DNA from: Laetmonice hystrix
Lineage: Eukaryota
NCBI GenBank assembly: GCA_965235115.1
Contig: OZ249438.1
Coordinates: forward strand, 22,444,001-22,508,000
DNA length: 64,000 bases
Reading direction: 5' to 3'
In this document: piece after piece, positions 53,221 through 64,000 of the stretch
Position numbering within the stretch: position 1 is the stretch's first letter
How the letters are laid out: each line of letters opens with the position of its first letter
Made by a program: the position numbers and the translations under genes
Notes under the pieces: model-generated
What the model was told of the DNA's origin: nothing
Seen by the model: only the letters and a program-made list of their open reading frames with translations
Databases searched by the model: none

Positions 53221-53322
53221 CAGGAGTATTATTTATTTTCCGACTGTCCAAAGGGTCGCAGGACTCTAAGACTCGTCTGGGTTGGGAGCTTAAAACAGCT
53301 CTGCTGGGTCCTGGACACTGGA

Positions 53323-53790
53323 NNNNNNNNNNNNNNNNNNNNNNNNNNNNNNNNNNNNNNNNNNNNNNNNNNNNNNNNNNNNNNNNNNNNNNNNNNNNNN
53401 NNNNNNNNNNNNNNNNNNNNNNNNNNNNNNNNNNNNNNNNNNNNNNNNNNNNNNNNNNNNNNNNNNNNNNNNNNNNNNNNNNNNNNNNNNNNNNNNNNNN
53501 NNNNNNNNNNNNNNNNNNNNNNNNNNNNNNNNNNNNNNNNNNNNNNNNNNNNNNNNNNNNNNNNNNNNNNNNNNNNNNNNNNNNNNNNNNNNNNNNNNNN
53601 NNNNNNNNNNNNNNNNNNNNNNNNNNNNNNNNNNNNNNNNNNNNNNNNNNNNNNNNNNNNNNNNNNNNNNNNNNNNNNNNNNNNNNNNNNNNNNNNNNNN
53701 NNNNNNNNNNNNNNNNNNNNNNNNNNNNNNNNNNNNNNNNNNNNNNNNNNNNNNNNNNNNNNNNNNNNNNNNNNNNNNNNNNNNNNNNNN
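53323..53790. other. Assembly gap (468 N)
   Basis: Run of N; true sequence and length unknown. Confidence 1.
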
Positions 53791-55369
53791 ACCGCCAGGT
53801 CCACGTGCCGCCCGGAGCCTTTGTCGTTTGGCAGACGGAGGGCACAGATAAAACTGCCATTTATGATGAAGACTGGCCAGCCCTGAGAACGGGCGCGGCT
53901 AGGCGAGTGGGTGTCACTGGGGGACGGAAGGGCTTGGGCGGACGGCTGGGGTAGCAGATAGCAGGACGAGCCCGCAATTATTATTACATGACCAATTATA
54001 AATCCTCGTGCCTCGACAGCCTGTCATATTTACGAGAGGAATATTTGTCAAAATTCTAGCGACACGCTTTTCCTGTGGTAGAGGCGGGAAGGGGGTGGGG
54101 TGGCGGTGGGGGTGGGGGTAGGGGTAGGGGGTGTGCGTGACCACCGGCAACACAGCACATAGCCATGCATGTAATGATAAGATGAAGTAGGCCTACATAG
54201 ATTTGCAGAATTAAGAAACTCATGATTATAGTCTAACTGTAGGGCCTATGCATGGTAGATGGAATACTTTTAATGATAGAAATACTTCAGATAATTCCAT
54301 AAAGTTGTCATTGTTTTCCTTATGCATTCAATAAATATTCGATATATTTCTAAAATAATCATAACGTTTATTAAAAATGGGAAAACAATATAAGAAACTA
54401 TTCTATAGACTCTTTCCATCTTTAACACTCAGTGAAAGTATGGACACATTCACGGTCAAACTGACTGACACAAAGAAATTACCGGATGCACGAACAGACA
54501 AACACAACGTTAGTTAGCTTATTGAAATCATTCACATTCCAATACGACCTTAAATAGGGGTTCACATTATGGGGGAACGCCCAGCCCTCATGTACGCCAA
54601 GGAAACCCCCTATTCACAATGCCAGCCAGTTGGATATGTGCAAGGCAGCTGTTTGAAAGGCAGACTCGTAAGGCCAAGACATGGCGAGGATAGGACCAAG
54701 AGCGACAGCGGATGGGATGATTCATTCCTGTCCTTTTAAATGGACTAATTTGCAGGGAGAGCGAAAAAAAAAGTCTAACGCAACGCCTTTACAAGGAGCA
54801 TTTTACAAGCACACGGTTGTGGGCCATTGCCTTTCCCGTACAGAAACAATGGAAGGGATGCTGAAAGAGGAACGATTCAATGGGGGCGCGTCCCTAACAA
54901 AGGGGGACGCCCTTTCTGAGTATTTCAGTCAGGACATGATCAATAAACAAATGACGGATGACGAAAGGGTATAGCATAGTTCTTGATCCTGATAATGACG
55001 TCCCTGCTGATGACAATGAGGAGTGTTCGCTGCCGACAGTCATAAACAGTCGAATACTTTCATCTTGTATTATATGTCACCAGTTCTCTGGGTTTTTTCA
55101 TATACCGTATATGTATATTAACTTATCAACACGGTATTTTACTAATATATGTTCTCATTGGAATACTGTTGTCCTTTTGCAGCTGCCACGACCTCGCCCA
55201 TTAGAAATATCTCAGATAAAGGTAACCATGCAATAAGAAACGTTATTAAAGATGCTGTCGTTGTCATTAAAAACTTGCTTCAGTCTCTGTGAAAAATTTC
55301 GAGATGTCAAATGACCTAATTCACAAGATATAGCCGACTCCTTCCTCTGACTATATAGGCCTTTCAACG

Positions 55370-55383
55370 GAGAGAGAGAAAGG

Positions 55384-55439
<56 letters not shown>

Positions 55440-55458
55440 GAGAAAGAGAAAGAGAGAG
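55370..55458. repeat. (GA)n-rich microsatellite
   Basis: Interrupted GA/GAAA run; ctatata(a)ggcct occurs on both sides. Confidence 0.95.
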
Positions 55459-57897
55459 CGCTATATAAGGCCTATATGAGAGTTATTTCTGTACAATGCT
55501 AAATTTCACAAACACAGTGATCTCTTGACCTGACAACACGCCGAAGAGAGAAGATAAATAGGCAATCAGGTGACCTGAAAAATACGTAAATGTATAAACG
55601 TAAATACGCTAAATGTGCGTTTACAGTTTGTAATCAATATAGCGAAATGAACTGTATGCACCTCATTTGTTCACATACACAAGCCAGACATATAATATAT
55701 TTCTACAGATGGGTCCAGTAGAAATGGCACCTGGACCTTCCCTCGTTACCCCTGCACGGCAGGCCAAGAACAAAGTGTAAACGGGAAGCACACAGGCTCA
55801 GGTACATACCTACAAACATTCCGACAGATTGACAGTCCTTTCACGAGCGCAAAGTGATCTAAATGTACGATCAACGCCACTTTGAAGACACAAAGGCCGC
55901 AGTGGTCGTGTGGTCTGCCCAACCCTTTGATGGAGTACGAGGAGGAGGGAGAGACGGCCTTAGTGGCGTACAGGTGAGCGACCGACCACACGGCAGCCCA
56001 TCACTAAAACCAGGTGGGGGTGGGGGGCAGGCGGGGGTCCGCCTCCTTACCTGGCGTGGCCACGAGAGGGGTTACTCGGTTCTGTGATATGGACCTGGAA
56101 AACGCCCTGATCGCCGACACCAAAGAACGGCCTACATTTGACATGGTGTGCGCCCATTAACTTCAAATGGCGCCGTACGAACGGTGCTGATCAGTGGCAC
56201 TTTTGATGAAGAGTGGGAATTAAGACCGTCTGATGGACTGCGCTTTGCTTTGATCGTAGGGAGCTGGTGTGTCCGTGTGTCGGCTGGTGGTGGTGGTGGT
56301 GGCCTGAGAACCATCCCCACCCGACCCCCCTGACGACTTTACCAAACATGAGAGATGGTCCATGGACGGGAGGAGGTTGGCGGATCTCTTACGCCAGTTT
56401 ACCATCATCACACAGAACAATCCCAAAACCAGAGTTGCGCTCTATTTACTGTCGTCCATTTTGTAAAAAGAAAGTCCCCATTATGTGCATAGATACCAGG
56501 GGAAAGCAAACAAGTAGTTCGGCTGATAATAGATGGTTAAAGGCTACACACAGTTTCCCGGCTTTGTTCCTCTGCGGATGGGTTGGAGAGTTTGATGGTA
56601 GTGGTATATGTTGCCTTTGATCCTGATGAAGTAAAAGAGTCGGCATAAAACAATATACCACAACAGAATGTGCGCCACCGCTTTACATCTCAAAGTCGGC
56701 CTTGGTATCACTGTATAAGACATTCTTCTTAGAACCGATTCTAGCCTTACAACAAGGATCCATAAGTAAAGATTACTAACACGTTAACACGTAAGTTGTC
56801 CTGCCCTGTATAGCCTCAAGCACTTGCATCAGAGAAAATACAGAGTTTTAATTCTAAGCTCAAATTACGTTTGATCCAAGTGTTGTGCCAGGGTCCTTTG
56901 TTATATCCGAATATGGTTTGGAATACATCGCTTGATAACCCTTTGGTCGAAATGTACTTGGAGGAAAAAGAGAGGCGGGTATATGGTGAATTTAAGCTTT
57001 CTCTCTCAAACACAACGGCAACTCTACGACGAAAACAAATGAAAGAATTATTGTATTACATGCCTGGAAGGAGGACAGCGAGCAGGTTGATATAGAAAAC
57101 CAGTGAATATATCTGATTCACGAGGAAAAATACTCGGTAAAATGTCGTCTTCGAGTGAAACGCACTGTAAAGGAGACTTTTCAACTTGCCCTCAAACAAG
57201 TTATGTTATACATGGGTATTTCTTGTATGTTCGATTATATGCGGCAGGGTTTATTTCAAACAACACAACATATACCTTCCCCGATGTTGAAACAGATCTG
57301 AACATACATCACAACGATTTGAAAGTATCTTCTACGACCTGACGTCACACTGACGGAGGTTCGTTGACAAAGATGGGTGTATGTCAGGTACACTAACTCC
57401 TCCACTAAACAATACAAACATAATATACCCAAAGGATATAACCGCGTGGATTAATATACTGGACAGTCGATATTTAAAATGCCGAATTGATAAATTACCT
57501 TATACGTCTATATCACCCAACAGGGGAATCACCTTTTTTTTTGGGGGGGGGGGAGGGGGCTCTTGAAGTAAAAACTGTAATTTAGGATGTTATTTCTTTA
57601 TAGGACGAAGCTATAGAGAAAACGGTTATATATTTTGTTTCAATGGGGCTACAATAGAAACTTCACTTAATGTGGCCCGTCCCTCATTGACCCCCTTCAC
57701 CAAACATACGTCGAGTATAACACCGGACATTGGCCTGAACTAGAATGAGATTTGAAGGCATACACATTCCTATCAGGTATCTATCATTCCCACCCGGAGT
57801 GACCAACCCTTCACCCGAAACGTTAAGAGATTATATTTCACCATGTATCCTCAACTCATTCTGAAATCTTACATATAAAATGAGAACGCGACCTTCG

Positions 57898-58443
57898 ATT
57901 ATACAAGTTTAATATCAGTCAATGTCATACAGCTAGGATTATACCAATTTAATATAAGTCAATGTCATACAGGATTATACCAGTTTAATATCAGTCAATG
58001 TCATGATTATACCAGTTTAATATCAGTCAATGTCATACATTATACCAGTTTAATATCAGTCAATGTCATACATTATACCAGTTTAATATCAGTCAATGTC
58101 ATACATTATACCAGTTTAATATCAGTCAATGTCATACATTATACCAGTTTAATATCAGTCAATGTCATACGGGATTATACCAGTTTAATATCAGTTAATG
58201 TCATACAGCTAGTTAATGTCATACAGCTAGGCTTATACCAGTTTAATATCAGTCAATGTCATACAGGATTATACCAGTTTAATATCAGTCGATGTCATAC
58301 ATTATACCAGTTTAATATCAGTCAATGTCATACATTATACCAGTTTAATATCAGTCAATGGTATACAGGATTATACCAGTTTAATATCAGTCAATGTCAT
58401 ACAGCTAGGCTTATACCAGTTTAATATCAGTCAATGTCATACA
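57898..58443. repeat. AT-rich minisatellite, 31-bp core plus 2-9 bp linker, 15 copies plus a partial
   Basis: Core ttataccagtttaatatcagtcaatgtcata followed by ca / cagga / cggga / cagctagga / cagctaggc. Confidence 0.96.
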
Positions 58444-59954
58444 GAAAACGCCTTCACATCGAATTCCAGCCTTTTACCGAACTGACCACCTACCCGAGCA
58501 GACAGACAGATGTTTTTTTTACCCGTCAAACGGTCTGGAGGAGACGTCCCAGTGTGGGTGGTGGCGGAGATGATTAGGATAAGTAATGCCCGACCGGCTG
58601 GCCACCAATGTGGGCCGGATCAGTGGCGGCCGTGTGGCGGGCGGCGTCCAGCTAGGCGGACATCACAGCCACTGGCCTCTCGCTATTGGCCACTCGGACG
58701 CGGTCATTAATTATGGGCCCGGCCCATCGGGGCATTATTCAGTACCGAGCGCCGTGTGGTCAGCTGGCTGCGCTGTGCCGCGCCGACACAGGTTCACTGG
58801 CGGCGGTCGTCGCTCCACGGCGCATGTCCAGCCCACTCAGGCCTCCGCCCCCTTGGTCCGATGAATAAATCTGTTGAATATGGCGGCCGGCTGCAAGGAT
58901 TCCTCGCACCAAGCCAAGGCGGGGTATACGCCTCTGCCTGTATACGACAGCGGTCGAATGACCAGTAGCACGGACAATGGCTGTATGTTGGGAGGTCAGA
59001 GGGGGACGAACGTGAAGTGTCCATCACCGATGCTGACCACTGGTCGTCCCTCGCTCTCTCGGTGTCCGCCCACACGGTCTAATGACCACGCCCGCTGGGT
59101 CAAGGTCCCGGCCTTGGGGCAACCCGCCGCCACATTCCAAACATACACTGGTCAAGCTTAGGCCAACGGGCAATTAATCAAATGGTCATCGCTATAATAT
59201 AATAGGAAAATAAAATCTGAGAGGTGACAACTAAATCCCAGCCTGAGATTTTTTAGTTCTCACCGGAGCCTACATCCCAAGCGGCCTAACGTTATATACG
59301 CCACTGCCCGGAGTGTGAGACTATAGGACATCGGCTTGATTGAGTATTTTACGCACACGTGAACACTGTAATTAGCTCGGCTCCTATCCTGCAGGAGTGC
59401 TGTAAAGTTGGTTCTGTATCCTTCACTGGTTTATTTGACGTTCAGCCTGAGATTGCCAATACGAAGTATATGGGATCATATTTCCTGCGATATCAGTGCT
59501 GCTATAGAAATAGCCTGGCCGTGAGGAGAAATCGACAAGTCGATCAACATGACACCAATGTACTCTGTCTGTTCTTGGTGTCTTCATGGGTATTGGTGGC
59601 TCTACGATCGTATGTATGGTAATATATATACGTAATATATACATGTATGTTTATGTCTTAATGTACAGCGATCAACTGGTGCAAGTGTTTTTTCTCCCTC
59701 ACCCCCTAAATATGTTTTTGTTACGTATCTCAGATAATAGATGTGTTTATGATTAGCACACCTATAGTGTATGAATTTGGTATCACTTTGACCCTCAGAA
59801 CCTGCTGTTTACATGTCTGCTATGTGAGGGTCAGTGTTTTAGATAATGAACGGTTATTGAAGGTCAGAATTAGTCAGGTATACATTATGTTCGAGTACTA
59901 GTATACACTTCTCATGAAGACTTCACCCAACATTCCATCTCATATTATTTCTCA

Positions 59955-59979
59955 GACTCCCCATGGGATCCGCCCCCTG
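59955..59979. mobile_element. Possible solo end of a MITE-like element
   Basis: ccccatgggatccgccccctg resembles the GGATCCGCCCCTG terminus recalled from common invertebrate MITEs; no partner TIR found nearby. Confidence 0.25.
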
Positions 59980-62020
59980 ATATATATCAGAACATTTTAC
60001 CACTGAGTATTCTAAGCGAAGCCCCGGGGTGTTCCGAACACAACAGACGCAGTATCGACGCGTAGGTTTGTATGGTGGCGGTTCCTGCACACATGTACGC
60101 AATCCGACCACCTCGGCTCATTGTCTCTCACTAGAGGGCGTTTGTGTACAGCGGCAAGGTGAAGCCATGTGTCATCAATTCATCATTCTCATAACGTCAT
60201 GGCGACCTTAATAAATGTATTCCAAAGGTCACGTCCTCCGGCAGATGAATAAGAGCACGCATAATGGACGTGGTCGGAAGTACATGTGCGGTGGGTGGGC
60301 ATGTCAATGTCGCCACAACCACTGGTAGACAAATGCTACTTTCTATATACTACTAAATAAAATCCTAACCCAGCGTTTATGCAATGCCTTTTCTGAACCA
60401 CATCTAAAATTGTGTTCTTCAAGCCTCGATGGCAGAAACCTATGCATACGAGAGCCTAAGATGGCTGAGACGTTCAGAATTTTGATGATAGAATCATGAT
60501 AGAACAAATTTTAAATCTTCAGCTAAAGGGATCCATATACAACGACCATGTAAAAACACTACTGTAAATGTCACCGAAGGGTTATGACACCGCAGGCATG
60601 TAAGGTATACGAACACGTCCTATACAAAGAACCTGACCTCAGTACAAATACAAAGCGATATCTATATGCCCTAGTCCTAATGAAAGAAACATAATGTCAA
60701 CGATGCCATGATATTCGGAGGCACTACATTGTATATTACAGCATCAAAGGAACAGAAAAGATGCGCCTGTCAATGAGTGATCTCTACACCGGTGGACTGA
60801 ACAGAATATTGCATACAATAACTGTGTGTAGGCATATATATAGTGAATGTATACAGTACAAAGCACAAAGAACACAATGCACGCCTGATTTAACCTTCTT
60901 CACGATCTGTGGATCGGATTATGTTATGTAAGGGTCTCATGTTTTTCTAAGAACTTAAGTGTGACCCCGGTGCTCTTGTTGTACCCTCTGTCTTTACACT
61001 ACACTCAACACCATTTGCCCTTCGGAATGAAACTCAATTTAGTGCCTCAGCCGTGCCGCCCCTCCTAATTGCTACATGCCAGAAAAATGAAAGACAATGT
61101 CAGCGAGTTCATATCTTTGGTTGGCCAACCAGAGCTGGCACGATTATGTGTCTAAAATCGTCACTCCAGTCGGCACTTAACGTTTTGAGCTGACTGACAG
61201 TTTGTTAGAGAGCACCGTGATCTTTTGTATGGAATGTGTGAGGAGGTGGGGCGCAAACAGGGAGAGGGAGGCGGACAAAAGGATCGGCCGACCGGCTCGC
61301 CAGGGGTGAGCAGTCGGATGGAAGCGGCGGGAGGGGCCGGTAAACGGCAGACTGAGTGAGGGAGGTGTTGGCTGTCAGTAGACGACCTGACAGGGAGACG
61401 TGGCAGACTGATGGAGGTCCAGTCAGAGGGGAGGGAGGCCGTCCATCTGTCTCTGCCCGGGCCCTCAGCTGTCAGGGTCCAGAGACAGGAAACGCTGGGG
61501 GAGTGGGAGTAGGGGAAGGGGGAGTAGCAGGGGTTGAGGATAGGTTGGGGAGAACAGAGGTGTATTCTACAATGGGAAATGTTTCTTCCTTCAAAAATGA
61601 TCTCTTGGAGGGGCTCGTCTGTTAATGTTTCACTCAACAACTAACAAAAATACCACACTGACTTAAGAACGCCAATGGGTACTTCGGTGAGATTCAGCCT
61701 AAAGATGCTGGCGCCGTGGAGATCTTTTGGCGTGAAGGGGCGAGAAGAACAGATGAAAAGAAGGATAAATAATCTACGCCCCCTGTCAAATAATCTGGGA
61801 CCGTATGTGTCAGGCAGATGTTGGTATACAAAGGTACAGACGTATGGCTGTATGGTGAGGTAATCACCGTGATATAATCCGAGGTTGTCAATGAGATCAC
61901 AATGAAACATTTACTGGATGGTGTATAGTGTGGCCAACATATTCTAAATCTGCATTCCAGTCCAAGATACAGACCAGAAACTTCTAAGTGCCGGAAAAGG
62001 CGTTACCCATTCATAGGACT

Positions 62021-62030
62021 GTCACGTGAC
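62021..62030. promoter_or_regulatory. Perfect GTCACGTGAC palindrome (CLEAR/USF-type E-box)
   Basis: Exact match to the established MiT/TFE CLEAR consensus; single motif only. Confidence 0.25.
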
Positions 62031-63963
62031 GCAGAAATCCTACATATATAAGTTCATTCCATGTTAGCGTTTCTTGAAACATGGCGCGAAACTACTAAAA
62101 CGTAAAGAATAATGAAAAATATTAATCAGAATCTCATCCTGGTGGCAGCATGTAATTGTAAAACCTGATTATGATATATAATGAATGTCATTATCAGTAC
62201 GTAAGAAACGATATGTCTGTATGTTTGTCATGAACCGTGTTATGAATAAACCTGGATTATTCACGTGCAAAACCCTCGTTTGTGTGTGCTTGTAAGATCT
62301 GGATGTATGCAACACCAGAAACACCCTGTAGGGACAGGGTATGTTGACCCAACACGTGGCATAGCATATAATATATGTTACATATACATTATAATATGTG
62401 AGGAGTAACATTCCTTTGTACATGTGGCGTGGAGGTTTAGGTGGCAGTGGTGGAGGGGTCTGGAGGTGAAGCCGGACGTGTTTAGTCAATGCATGTCTCA
62501 CAGCAAGCATTGTCATTCACTTAGCGACAGTCTGCCACACAACATGTCATAGTACCTACAGCTGAGGGCACCGTGCATGCGCATTGCGTGTCTGCCTACT
62601 GCACGCCTGTACAATTGAAAACGTGCGCATGGTTACACACGCATCGCACAGGTGTCGAATGTGAGTCCACTGTCATCAGGTCGGGTCGGGGGCTGGGTGA
62701 GGGGTGAGCCATGCAGGGGGATGGCCCCATAGGTCCGAGTTACTGGCTTCAGAGGTGGCTGAGTAGGTGGGTGGGGGTAGAGGGTGGGGTGAGGGCGGGG
62801 GCGGTAGGTGAGCTGGGGGGTTTTTGCGGTAAGAATCCCCAGGGTCGGGGTGATGACGAGGGGTCGGGGCCGAGGGTAGCTGGCGACCCTAGATGGAACT
62901 ATGACCTAACGTATTACTCCTTCCCCCCCGCACTTATGTCGACATGCGGTTGACCATTATGTAGATTCCATCAACATACCACAACAGAACACACGCGACC
63001 GCCTCCTATTTCTTATTGTCCCCCAACTGATCGTCTAACTCCTCAACTCAAACTGAAATCAAAGATTTTCACTGGTACCAGTTCAATATTCCATATTCGA
63101 ATCATGACTATTTGTAAAAAAAAAGAGAGAGAAGATAAATGAATCTTTTTTCCGTACCACAATAAGAAAGGTGACATTTAAGCATTAGATCCAACCCGTT
63201 CGTCATTATTCATTGAAATAGAAAGAAAAAAAGGTTGTTGAACTATTCGTCTTTGCGCTTATGGCCGGCTAGCTCGGTCATCGGCAGGAGAAGCCAGCGA
63301 TAAATGACAATCAAGCCCTGCATGATTTACGCCACACCGCCGAAGATAAAAATACCGGCATTTGGCAGTGGCGCCAGCTATCCACCGAGGCGGATTCTAG
63401 CGGGGAGATTTATAATGGGTACCCTATCGCCAACACGCAGGCACGTGCATCTATGCACCTGCTACTGGGGAGTTGGAGCTGAAGTGATGGTGGCGGTGAT
63501 GGTGGTGGTGTGGAGGGGGGGGGGGGGTCTGGGCACCACTGCTCGTAACAAGGAAATCGCCAGAGCGAGAGAGGCCACAATCGGTTTGTATTGGACCACC
63601 GGATTGATGATTAAACAAAACCTTTTTTTTATGATGTGAATTTAGCGTTTGTACCCGCTTGACATGTGTTGGGATGACTCTCGCCCTACCGGAATGTTAC
63701 AACCCCCTGCTGTGATTTCTACTTGACTTTGATTATAATTTCTATGACGCTGACACCGTTTCTGACCTCACCATGGCCACATATATGACACAATTTGATA
63801 TGCACAGGAGGTGTATGTAACGGACATGTTCATCCCCAACGACTGGGAGGCCGGCCGCTGAGCTAGGAATATGGCAGTCTTGGCTTAGCTGGCCGGCACC
63901 TCAAACATTATACTCTTTACAATGTGCTATTTCTTATAGCGTTTGTCGAGGTTCTCCATGGAC

Positions 63964-63976
63964 CCGGTAGATGGCG
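63964..63976 (+). promoter_or_regulatory. CTCF-like core motif CCGGTAGATGGCG
   Basis: Fits CCRSYAGRKGGCR at all 13 positions; motif match only. Confidence 0.3.
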
Positions 63977-64000
63977 TGGCACGAGTTTCTCGAGCCCCGC

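Noticed and set aside
52434-53954. 506-aa, 234-aa, 218-aa and 191-aa ORFs crossing the N run
   Set aside because: Length is an artefact of translating N as X; only the repeat part is real sequence and is treated separately.
57898-58443. CRISPR-like repeat/spacer look of this and the other arrays
   Set aside because: Linkers are 2-9 nt and related to each other, there are no unique spacers or cas genes, and the context is eukaryotic.
2723-60931. Apparent excess of D-box TTA(T/C)GTAA motifs
   Set aside because: About 15 hits, but this DNA is rich in ATGTA/TACAT words; enrichment cannot be claimed without a higher-order background model.
1-64000. Hox/homeobox exon, tRNA, rRNA or snRNA genes
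   Set aside because: Hox-type binding motifs are common, but by eye I found no WFQNRR-type coding sequence and no tRNA A/B boxes. The CTTACCTGGC at 56046 is a splice-donor complement, not U1.

Overview
Eukaryotic, almost certainly animal (probably invertebrate) genomic DNA. It has spliceosomal GT-AG signals, microsatellites, long G/C homopolymers, CpG-rich patches in an AT-rich background and a 468-nt assembly gap (53323-53790). I found no prokaryotic operon, rRNA, tRNA, CRISPR array, intact transposase/RT or homeobox. Most entries in the ORF track look like chance, repeat-derived or gap-spanning ORFs. The best gene signal is a short first coding exon on the minus strand at the left edge (509->458, MSARRKGKPQQRKKIEA+1 nt, GCAAA-ATG context, perfect GTAAGT donor). 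It resembles the MSRRKQxKPQ NuRD-recruiting N-terminus of BCL11/SALL/FOG/ZNF423-type zinc-finger repressors. If real, the other ~63 kb is its upstream, gene-poor regulatory flank. That flank holds about 20 GC-rich islands, six minisatellite arrays (73, ~59, 82, 35, 33/24 and ~33 bp units), one small TIR element and several microsatellites. The most unusual items are a frame-preserving repeat next to the gap that can encode a His-rich peptide (HGPVHGRIHAW)n, tandem arrays carrying multimerised E-boxes, and let-7 and miR-125 seed sites on the same strand of two arrays. These are hypotheses, not established systems, and the species cannot be named from the sequence.
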